Shown one piece after another: positions 6,701 through 14,322 of a stretch of DNA of 15,896 bases. The stretch spans positions 1-15,896 of the forward strand of contig JAFGAR010000153.1 of NCBI GenBank assembly GCA_016933575.1. The letters run 5' to 3'. Within the stretch, counting starts at the first letter, position 1. Each line of letters begins with the position of its first letter. The notes under the pieces are model-generated. The model made no database searches, was not told the origin of the DNA, and saw only the letters and a list, made by a program, of their open reading frames with translations. A program made the position numbers and the translations under genes. The stretch is from Candidatus Thorarchaeota archaeon (lineage in GTDB: Archaea > Asgardarchaeota > Thorarchaeia > Thorarchaeales > Thorarchaeaceae).

Positions 6701-9282
6701 TCATCTATATCACCATACTGGCCGCTAATTATGTACAAGGGTTCTTCTATGAGTCCAATGACATGAAACTGAGTACCATTCCATTCGGTCAAATAAACAC
6801 CATCTCTAGTTGCAAGAAGAAGCATTTCCACAGAGCTGGGGGAATCGACAAATTCGATCCAAGTTATATCATCACTATATTCAATACTTTGCCATGAATC
6901 GAATGAAGCACCATTCCACTCATACTTGTGGATATAGCCAGAATCACTAAGCCATCTGGGTGCGATTATCTCATTTGTTTCATCCTTATCAAAGTCATAG
7001 ATGAACATCCTTACTGATGCACCGCGAGAAACTGACCACTTCGATACAAATGTCGTCCCCGTCCAATCGAAAATCTCCAATGTCGTAGATGCACTAACAA
7101 CAAGCTCTGGTTCGTTATCATTGTCCACATCTCCAATCGCATGGCATCCAAGAAACTGTCCACCATAGGTTTTCGACCAGTTTGCTATAAGGTTGCTACC
7201 ATCGTATTTGTAGACATACACTGAGGAATCGAAAAATCCTGTTACAAGAGAAATCTCATCTGTGCCGTCCTCATCGAAGTCATAGAACTGCATATCATAC
7301 ACTCCATCAACAAAGGTGAGGCAATTTGTGATCGGTTGAAGCTCATCTAATACCAGATGGCATACAACCATATACATAGTATGTGAATCATCCAGATGAT
7401 AGCAGACAATATATTCAACTTCACCATCATAATCAAGGTCTGTTAAAGATACATAGAAGTTGTAGATTGACCAATTTAGTGGTATTGTGTCAATTGTCGT
7501 CCAGCTTCCAGTAATATTATCATACGATAAAACACAGACTGAATTATTTCCAGATTCAAGGTGCTCAGTAACATACATCTCTAACGCTGCTGACCCACTA
7601 TGATTATGCAATGCATGGTTCTTGAAGTAAACAACACTCGTTGTCCAGTTTGAAGCGAATGCCAGTGATGGATCGAATGTCACATATTCATACTCAGATG
7701 TCACAGCCCAATTTCCACTAGTATCATTTGCATAGACCTTATACTCCACAAGTGAATTTGCTTCTTGAGGTGGAATAACTCCACTATATTCTGATGAAGA
7801 TCCACTCATTGTGAGGTTTGTCCATGAGCCATCATTCACACGATAAGATAGGATTCCTTCATCTACACAAACATCGTCAGTGATGGTCGCATTGATTTCA
7901 ACAATATCATCACTTCTTAGATTTGTAGGCGAATGGGAAATAGAAATCGAAGGTGGGGTCGCATCAGTTGGACCTTCTATATCGTACTTTACGACATTAA
8001 TCCTAGTATATATCATGGGGTCATAATCGTTACGACCTACTAGGATGATTTCTGGTTCATCATCTGAATCAATATTCCCATATTCTCCTGAGAGTGCATA
8101 AGACGGGAAGTCTATTCTGGACTTTATCGAAAAAGCAGTACCATTCCAAGTAGTCATCAAGGCGCTTACGCGAGTAACGATGAACAGCAACTTTTCACTG
8201 GTGATGGGATGGTCAACAAGTTCTATCCACGTGATATCATCCTCATACTCAGTACTTATCCAAACATCGAACGATGCGCCATTCCATTCATATTTTCGAA
8301 TCAAGCCGGGATCTGAGATCCAGTCAGGTACCAAAATCTCATTGGTTCCATCTTCGTCAAAATCGTAAACAAACATCCTTAATGATGATCCTCTGGAGAT
8401 TGTCCATTTTAGGGTAAATGTTGAGCCGGTCCAATCAAAGACCTCAAGTTTTCCCGCTCCCGAAACTATAAGCTCTACTTCTCCATCATTATCAACTTCT
8501 CCAAAAACAAGTGATCCCATAAAACCAGTGCCATAGTGCTTTGTCCAATAGGGCAGCAAATTGGTACCATTATACTTGTATACATAGACCGAGGAATCAT
8601 AATACCCCGTAACAAGCCCTATCTCATCGGTATCATCATCGTCCAAATCATAGAATTGCAAATCGTAAATGCCATCAGAAAAAGTAAGGTAATTGGTTAC
8701 TGGTCTTAGCTCACCTGAAAAAAGATGACAGACTACCAAATACATGGTATTTGAACTGTCAAGGTGATAGCATATAAGATACTCAAGTTCATTGTCATGA
8801 TCGAGGTCAGTCAAAGCCACATGGAAATTATAGATGGACCAATTCAATGTCATGGTATCTACAGTAATCCAACCATTTGTGTCAGAATCGTACGACAAGA
8901 CCATGACAGAGTTATTGCCTGTATCTAAATGCTCAGTCACATACATTTCATTAGCCGGAGACCCACTATGGTTGTACAATGCAAGGTTCTTGAAATAAGT
9001 AACACTCGTTGTCCAATTAGAGGCAAGACTAAGAGATGCTTCATCATCTGTGATTTGGAATGCTTTCATCGGGCTCTCATACGAAACTGAAGTGTCCTGT
9101 GTTGTGCCTCTGATTTTCTGCTGAAATGGTGAAGTTGCGAATGGTTTACTGGTTTCCTCTTGATAGGTGAAATCAGGAACCAATGGAAGAGATATTGCAA
9201 TAATTAGTAGAATACCAACTATTCGTGATTTTGATAAGCCTCTGATAGAGCCTGTCATTATCCCTAACCCCCTCGAAACCAT
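3730..9282 (-). CDS. Giant cell-surface protein: signal, [FG-GAP-like propeller + Ig-like] x2, three more Ig-like domains, unknown helical domain, two TM helices, ~125-aa C-terminal domain
   Basis: Ca-binding blade motifs DLDHDNELE, DLDDDDTDE, EVDNDGEVE, DFDEDGTNE, NIDSDDEPE, repeated in the second unit. Five ~97-aa D..P.I....P......V...A...D..G......Y......W....M......IP.Q....V.YK..A.D..GN units. Hydrophobic N-terminus, and TMs near aa 1665 and 1702 separated by KKRNRRIK. ATG 9258, preceded by GAGGGGG, may be the real start. Confidence 0.9.
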   Translation of the reverse strand: MVSRGLGIMTGSIRGLSKSRIVGILLIIAISLPLVPDFTYQEETSKPFATSPFQQKIRGTTQDTSVSYESPMKAFQITDDEASLSLASNWTTSVTYFKNLALYNHSGSPANEMYVTEHLDTGNNSVMVLSYDSDTNGWITVDTMTLNWSIYNFHVALTDLDHDNELEYLICYHLDSSNTMYLVVCHLFSGELRPVTNYLTFSDGIYDLQFYDLDDDDTDEIGLVTGYYDSSVYVYKYNGTNLLPYWTKHYGTGFMGSLVFGEVDNDGEVELIVSGAGKLEVFDWTGSTFTLKWTISRGSSLRMFVYDFDEDGTNEILVPDWISDPGLIRKYEWNGASFDVWISTEYEDDITWIELVDHPITSEKLLFIVTRVSALMTTWNGTAFSIKSRIDFPSYALSGEYGNIDSDDEPEIILVGRNDYDPMIYTRINVVKYDIEGPTDATPPSISISHSPTNLRSDDIVEINATITDDVCVDEGILSYRVNDGSWTNLTMSGSSSEYSGVIPPQEANSLVEYKVYANDTSGNWAVTSEYEYVTFDPSLAFASNWTTSVVYFKNHALHNHSGSAALEMYVTEHLESGNNSVCVLSYDNITGSWTTIDTIPLNWSIYNFYVSLTDLDYDGEVEYIVCYHLDDSHTMYMVVCHLVLDELQPITNCLTFVDGVYDMQFYDFDEDGTDEISLVTGFFDSSVYVYKYDGSNLIANWSKTYGGQFLGCHAIGDVDNDNEPELVVSASTTLEIFDWTGTTFVSKWSVSRGASVRMFIYDFDKDETNEIIAPRWLSDSGYIHKYEWNGASFDSWQSIEYSDDITWIEFVDSPSSVEMLLLATRDGVYLTEWNGTQFHVIGLIEEPLYIISGQYGDIDDDAIPEVILWGRNDYDPLVYTRVYVVEYDGSIVVEDTSGPTIDLSQIPSSPTSDDPVTISAELWDQTGVSKVILSYSVDDGPWINVTMTLATTTYTADIPSQAEDASVQYKVYANDTLDNWRISGIQSYIVSSGVETNPPELTSFKYPSSPGPDDYVDIYVGATDESGILQVILSYRVDSGIWTNLSMWIDTVYWEQQIPPQDVGSFVEYKAYAEDTVGNWGVSTVCSYTVSDKDAPVISDVDHSPSSPSENDEVTITAKITDSSGISWAKICYSTGSGWIDVSMSYSVGKYQGKIPTQSIGTTVEYKVVAEDNEGNQAVSSIKSYNIEDSSAPSISVEHTPSSPSEDDAVIVCATITDSSGISEVTLSYSTDSGSTWTDVSMTEEGDTWSASIPKQAAGIKVRYKVTAEDESGNIGESEVVTYTVGAFSSTDLAEEYLQSSETLNGPREVILLDIVYHVFEFRSSGGGCTGYLVIDVGTHAIEEDLEVCDYVLMQDYIQENWIHLEVFGDASSVTHYQSLMKDWDADAEAWESVKTGLMISQVIAALPDIATMGIPVGTILGILSVMFETTDTLAYFSALGPQLTQIGNQYGTIYPDSPFIDMVSCMDDIHDFFGIYQHLAASESFEILGNAMNAASEFGEAAEDITGFTLSKLFTSDTDLMLSDSFVTAAACSALARLCQATGSVYQEIVNGEGDINQYLMLYGLKMQIDSAICKFAEWKINTLSEFKRTASIPTLVIWAFTGYDIDTDIASWEELKDEADDAMETLVTELELIISFTDARVSLVEDRISGVSSVRIADDPQGIQLGILELPVVILFLAAVTSPIMQSYYDKKRNRRIKGLFALVFILLIGAFFIGMYNLLFPAFRPLPSSVEGYTGTPQSLDLFGNDSLRLDYAGIVDYESDEGVLVKTGLLDAKTPEDIGWYILGFNMLLSRVNISLVETAEESGWQIADFILDDGYMRFAYYTNRLLLIKSESMADIETVFTWLQ
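6300..9036 (-). repeat. Intragenic tandem duplication of a 456-aa propeller+Ig module
   Basis: ASNWTTSV occurs with its W codon at 9015 and again at 7647 (1368 nt apart). The units are colinear with many identical blocks (EMYVTEHL, LNWSIYNF, DSSVYVYKY, KYEWNGASFD, GRNDYDP, YKVYANDT). Confidence 0.9.
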
Positions 9283-9517
9283 ACTTGATTAAATGCAAAT
9301 CATATTCCCAGTATTTGCAGTCAATGGGACCACTGTAAGTGCCAGTATTGTGTCATGGTGATATCTGATAACTACGGTTTCAATACAGAATATGAGTTCT
9401 TTCTTCGCATATCTTTCTTTCTATGAACAACAATAGGAAAAGTGCTCGACAGTACCAGGTCGCGATTTAGAAGGATTGCATGAGCTTGTTGCATCATGAA
9501 TCAAATCGATTACCTTT

Positions 9518-9537
9518 CAGAAACATAACCTTAAAGA
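9518..9537 (+). promoter_or_regulatory. Putative BRE/TATA promoter of the cadherin-like gene
   Basis: CAGAAACATAACCTTAAAGA. The same CTTAAAGA core lies upstream of the MinD/ParA gene. GAGGT ribosome site at 9624-9628. Confidence 0.45.
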
Positions 9538-9633
9538 GCCTCACGAGGATGCAGCTTCGCACCCTCAGGAAGAGGACCTGCAGCGCGCTTGGGCTGTGCT
9601 GATTAAGGATCGCAGTATGGAGAGAGGTCAGGG

Positions 9634-12600
9634 ATGGACCACCACAGGAGTATCCTCATCATCTGTTGCTTGACACTTGTCTTTGGAATGATCTTTGCAT
9701 CACCTAGCTATTCTGGTGATACGAACGATGTCCTCTCAACACAGGAAGACATAGTCGTTGAGGGCGAACGCCAATTCGGCATCGCATCTGCTGGGGACGA
9801 TTATGTCGACTCTGTCCAATCACTTGTCTATGGCACGCACTCTACGCTTCCTCCTACTGGAATGGGCGCGGATAATTCCACCCATACGACCCTCACAGAA
9901 GCCAGCTTCGTTGAAACGTCATATACCAATCTGATGACCCAATCGAACTTTGGTCCCTCTGCTCCCTCTGGATGGACCGCAACTGGGATTAGCTATTCAG
10001 GAGGCTATTTCGAGGAAGCGGCCTCAGCGCCAGGTGCTGGTGAGATCTTCTGCAGTACGGTCGACACCTCTAGCTATGATGGTGTCCGTTTCACCTTGAA
10101 CATCGAGTGCTCGTGGACAGTTGGTGATGGTGATGTTGTGGTCTATTTTTGGGACGGTACCAATTGGGATTCAATGGGCTCATTCACTCAAGGCGGTGAA
10201 GATGACCAGACTTTCTTCTCCTCTTCATCACAGTACCAGCATTCGGCCTTCCGGGTAAAGGTAGGGCATGGCTCATTGCTATATTCTCTTACTCTTCGGG
10301 CAGACAACTGGAGAATTGACGGGCAGTCCCAGAGCACCTACTATCGTTTCGAGGCAGTCTATAAGTTCACAGGAGTGGATTCTGGCACCTACTATGTAGA
10401 GGAGCTCTATGTCGACTTTGATGGCAGTAGCTCCAGTGAGGCACTCACCTTCTACTTTGCGTCAGGTGACACCACACCAGACAACTCTCTTGGCAGCGTG
10501 AGTGGTAACTCTGACACCTATTTCAACATTCATTCATACTTGACAGGAAGCGAGTGCTATGTCAAGATTCGCGACACCTCACGGACCGATCCAACCGCAA
10601 ACACCTGGCGCATCGACCGTCTCTACATTCGACTGACCAATACCTATCCGACCACCAATACGGCTCCGGTCACGTCAGGACTGGTGAACACGGATGATGT
10701 CCTGGCGGAATACAACTATGCTACTACCTCAGTCACGGTGGAGGATCTTGACGGCTACTCGCAAATCGACAACGTCACGCTGAGCGTATACGATGACACT
10801 CGGACCACCAACTACTTCACGATTCGATACGAGCAGGGCGGGACCTTCTCAGTGACCGCGAATCCTGACAATGTCATCCTTGGTACCTGCTCAGCTCCCA
10901 CAACAAGTACGAGCATTGATGTTCAGTTCAACTACACGATCCCCTTCGATTTTCTCGAGGTCTCCAATGTCGACTACTACATTCTGGTCTATGACGGTGA
11001 CGCAGCGAGCGATTCTCAATGGTATGAGGCGAACTGGGACACGGTCACTACCCTGGCATTGGACGGATCCCTTTCAGTGAATGACGGGGCAGGAACTCCT
11101 GACCGTGGGAATATGAACAGCGCGATCACTGCTTCTGGAACGATTATCTACAGTGGTGCGACATCATACCACCCTCGTGAGAGTCTGATATCGATTCAGC
11201 TTGCCTGTGCCAACATCACTGGTAGTCCCTGGAGTGCTGGCTCATACAATCCCAACACAGGGTACTTTTCTGCGTCCGTGACCTCGGACGATGATATCGG
11301 CAGGGATGTGTTCACCCTGACCGTTTCCGTTGACGCAGAGAATAAGCTAGACGCATCCTACACCGCGTCCTACATCTCTGATCAGATCATCTGCGCCTCT
11401 CTCTCATCACCCAGCTTCATCGTGGATAGTTACGCGACTGGATATATGACAGCTCAGCTGCAGTATGCCCACGATGGGACGAATGTCACGGATGGTGGCT
11501 ATGAGCTCAATGGTCTGACGATGAGCTACCAAGGCAATGACATTTGGATGGCATCGTATGCACCCAACGCCCTCACCTATCTGACCTACGACTCCATCAC
11601 GGTCGAATCGGCCAACACTCACGGCATCACTTCCATCAACATGAATACCGAGAGCGTGACAATATACTGGGACCAGCTTGTCTGTTATCTCTCGAATCCC
11701 ACTGAGTCGCTGGTCAATCCAGGGACCAACGCCTCTGGCATCTACATGTGGGCTGAGTACTACTATGCCAGCTTGCATCCCGCATTTACTAACTATGATG
11801 GCACCCTTCATGCTAATGATACTATCTTCGTCCTATATGAGCCGGGACAGAAAGGATACAAAGTTTCAAGTGCGGATGGCAATGATGCATTAGGAATATT
11901 CACGATCTACAGTAGTAATGCGACCTACTGCATCTGGGATTATCTTGATCCCGCTCCGAGCTGGGACCCTGAGCCTACCAATCAAATCTCAGAGTTTCTC
12001 ACTTCATTCCTTTACAATGTGAACGCTACGACTCCATCAGGGCTTGGGAAATGGCTGGTAAATGATACTTCGCGTTTCACTATTGACTCAGATGGGATTA
12101 TCTCGAATATATCGACTCTCGCTGTGGGAATCTATCCACTCTGGATTTTTGTTAACGATACCTTTGGTAGAGCCATCAATCAGTCATTCCTTGTCACGGT
12201 AGAGGATACTACGATACCCTCGTGGTTACAAGACCCTGAGCTTCAAACATCGGAGCTTGGTGATGCCTTCTACTATGACCTGAACGCTACAGACGCCTCA
12301 GGGCTGCATTCTTGGTGGTTGAACACCACAGATGACTTTGACATCGGTCCTACTGGGATAATTGAGAATGCAAGAGCGTTAGTCGCTGGAACCTATGGTA
12401 TACGTGTCTATGTGAACGATACGTATGATAACATATTGTATGCAGACCTTGCCATTGTAATTGAAGACACCACAAACCCTGTTTGGACTACTCCCCCTGC
12501 TGACAAATTCGTCGAGTTCGGTGACGATTTGGATTTCCAACTAGCTGCTTATGATCTATCTATCCTCTCGAATTGGTGGGTGAATGACACAACACACTTC

Positions 12601-14280
12601 TCCATATCGGGCGACGGACTACTAGAGAATGCAATATCTCTTCCCGTGGGTGAGTACATCATCAGAATCAATGTCACTGATGCGCATGAGAACGCAATAA
12701 GCTCGACGATGAAGGTCACTGTCCAAGATACAACAGCGCCATCATGGGATGAGCTTCCCGTGGACAAGCATCTAGAGTTAGATTTCCATCTCGTATGTGA
12801 TATCAACGCCACCGATCTCTCTGGCAGTGTGTTTTGGTATGTCAACGACACGATGCGCTTTTCCATAGATGCTGCAGGAATCATCCGGAATGCCACCACT
12901 CTCGAGGTTGGAACCTATCCACTTACAATTGGCATCGAGGATATCTATTCCAACTATCAGAACGCCACGTTCTTGGTCATTGTTGAGGATCAAACTCCTC
13001 CGACATGGGATGAGACCCCCGCTGATATCGAATGGGAATTCGGCAAGGTCTTCCAATGGGATCTGAATGCCACCGACCTCTCAGGTCTCGATACTTGGTG
13101 GTTGAATGATACCGATAACTTCGAAATCGATGACTTTGGTGTTATCACCAATACAACTGTCTTACCTGTTGGCTCATACGGGCTTCATATCTTTGTGAAT
13201 GATACCTTTGGTGAGGTCTTGGATGTCGAGGTCACAGTGTTCATTACTGATACAACAGCTCCTACAGACCTGAGTCCTTCATCTCCTCTCTGGAGCGAAT
13301 TCGGTGACTCTATCGCGATGCAATTCTCTGCATTTGATCTCTCTGGCATCTCTCAATGGACTGTGACGTTCTCAACTTACTTCTCAATATCAACCGCCGG
13401 CCTACTGACCAACAAAAGCTCTGTTCCCGTGGGTGAGTATACATTCAACATCACAGTCTTTGATGAGTATGACAATTGGAACTGCACTGAATACACCTTC
13501 GTCATTGAAGACACAACATATCCCGAATGGACTGACTTTCCCGAAACATTGCAGATCGAGTATGGTGATGACCTCTACTACAGACTCAAAGCCACAGACC
13601 TATCTGAGAGTCTAGGTCTGGAGTGGCGCATCAATGATGAAGTAAACTTCTCGATTGATATCATAGGTATGCTCAGAAGCGAGGTCAACTTGGTTGTTGG
13701 TGATTATCCAATCATCATTGAGGTCGAGGACTTCTATGGGAACATCTTGGAAGGCATCTTGATTGTACAGGTGAGGGACACCACACCTCCGAACTGGATA
13801 GTTGCTCCTCAGAACCGAAATATACCATATGGAACTTCCTTCACCCATCAGATGTCCGCGGGTGACACGTCTGGCATTGTCTACTGGTTTGTGAGTGACA
13901 CTGAACATTTCATTATTAGTGATCAAGGGTTCTTGGAGAACAATACTGTCCTAGGGGTAGGCATCTATACCGTCAATATCACAATCTCGGATATGTATGA
14001 CAACTCACGAACGGATGCTATGACGATCACTGTTCAACCCGTAAGCGCGCCGTCAACGACAAATCCAACTGATCCTGGTTTCACAATAGAACAGATTCTC
14101 TTAGCACTGGGAGTCTTTGGAGTCGGGATTGTCATAGTTGTTGCACTATCTATGACTCGCATCCGAAAGTTCGTCGAACAAAGAACTGCCTCGATGATGG
14201 AAGGAAAAGAGGACCTCGGCACCGCGCTCGACTATCTCGACAAGATCCAAGAGGACCAACCACCACCCGATGAGGACTAA
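9634..14280 (+). CDS. Large type I membrane surface glycoprotein: signal peptide, jelly-roll (lectin/MAM-like) heads, Ig-like region, eight cadherin-like repeats, TM, ~40-aa cytoplasmic tail
   Basis: Signal MDHHRSILIICCLTLVFGMIFA. Eight repeats with consensus DTT.P.W...P.....E.G.......A.D.SG...W..ND...F.I...G...N...L.VG.Y...I.V.D...N.......V.V. Pro/Thr linker, TM ILLALGVFGVGIVIVVALSM followed by RIRK. Abundant N-x-S/T sequons. Confidence 0.9.
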   Translation: MDHHRSILIICCLTLVFGMIFASPSYSGDTNDVLSTQEDIVVEGERQFGIASAGDDYVDSVQSLVYGTHSTLPPTGMGADNSTHTTLTEASFVETSYTNLMTQSNFGPSAPSGWTATGISYSGGYFEEAASAPGAGEIFCSTVDTSSYDGVRFTLNIECSWTVGDGDVVVYFWDGTNWDSMGSFTQGGEDDQTFFSSSSQYQHSAFRVKVGHGSLLYSLTLRADNWRIDGQSQSTYYRFEAVYKFTGVDSGTYYVEELYVDFDGSSSSEALTFYFASGDTTPDNSLGSVSGNSDTYFNIHSYLTGSECYVKIRDTSRTDPTANTWRIDRLYIRLTNTYPTTNTAPVTSGLVNTDDVLAEYNYATTSVTVEDLDGYSQIDNVTLSVYDDTRTTNYFTIRYEQGGTFSVTANPDNVILGTCSAPTTSTSIDVQFNYTIPFDFLEVSNVDYYILVYDGDAASDSQWYEANWDTVTTLALDGSLSVNDGAGTPDRGNMNSAITASGTIIYSGATSYHPRESLISIQLACANITGSPWSAGSYNPNTGYFSASVTSDDDIGRDVFTLTVSVDAENKLDASYTASYISDQIICASLSSPSFIVDSYATGYMTAQLQYAHDGTNVTDGGYELNGLTMSYQGNDIWMASYAPNALTYLTYDSITVESANTHGITSINMNTESVTIYWDQLVCYLSNPTESLVNPGTNASGIYMWAEYYYASLHPAFTNYDGTLHANDTIFVLYEPGQKGYKVSSADGNDALGIFTIYSSNATYCIWDYLDPAPSWDPEPTNQISEFLTSFLYNVNATTPSGLGKWLVNDTSRFTIDSDGIISNISTLAVGIYPLWIFVNDTFGRAINQSFLVTVEDTTIPSWLQDPELQTSELGDAFYYDLNATDASGLHSWWLNTTDDFDIGPTGIIENARALVAGTYGIRVYVNDTYDNILYADLAIVIEDTTNPVWTTPPADKFVEFGDDLDFQLAAYDLSILSNWWVNDTTHFSISGDGLLENAISLPVGEYIIRINVTDAHENAISSTMKVTVQDTTAPSWDELPVDKHLELDFHLVCDINATDLSGSVFWYVNDTMRFSIDAAGIIRNATTLEVGTYPLTIGIEDIYSNYQNATFLVIVEDQTPPTWDETPADIEWEFGKVFQWDLNATDLSGLDTWWLNDTDNFEIDDFGVITNTTVLPVGSYGLHIFVNDTFGEVLDVEVTVFITDTTAPTDLSPSSPLWSEFGDSIAMQFSAFDLSGISQWTVTFSTYFSISTAGLLTNKSSVPVGEYTFNITVFDEYDNWNCTEYTFVIEDTTYPEWTDFPETLQIEYGDDLYYRLKATDLSESLGLEWRINDEVNFSIDIIGMLRSEVNLVVGDYPIIIEVEDFYGNILEGILIVQVRDTTPPNWIVAPQNRNIPYGTSFTHQMSAGDTSGIVYWFVSDTEHFIISDQGFLENNTVLGVGIYTVNITISDMYDNSRTDAMTITVQPVSAPSTTNPTDPGFTIEQILLALGVFGVGIVIVVALSMTRIRKFVEQRTASMMEGKEDLGTALDYLDKIQEDQPPPDED
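11947..14037 (+). repeat. Array of eight ~87-aa (261-nt) cadherin-like domains
   Basis: DTT.P boundaries, e.g. 12205 and 12466 (261 nt apart). Conserved at protein level, diverged at DNA level. Confidence 0.85.
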
Positions 14281-14285
14281 AAGGC

Positions 14286-14322
14286 GAAAAACTTTATCAC
14301 ATTAGGCTTTTTTACCTAATGT
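14286..14322 (+). promoter_or_regulatory. BRE/TATA promoter of a probably leaderless gene plus perfect 8-8-8 palindromic operator candidate
   Basis: GAAAAACTTTATCA with TTTATCA at 14293-14299, starting 26 nt before ATG 14319. ACATTAGG-CTTTTTTA-CCTAATGT at 14299-14322. Confidence 0.65.

Noticed and set aside
3648-9481. 8-bp direct repeat GATTGCAT (3648-3655 and 9474-9481) flanking the low-GC gene, as a possible target-site duplication
   Set aside because: About one 8-mer match is expected by chance between intergenic regions of this size. The same 8-mer also occurs inside the gene near 4214, and no mobility gene is present.
14155-14280. Cytoplasmic tail containing DYL and acidic residues, reminiscent of the cadherin catenin-binding region
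   Set aside because: The match is only three residues and the tail is far shorter than classical cadherin tails. No support for homology.
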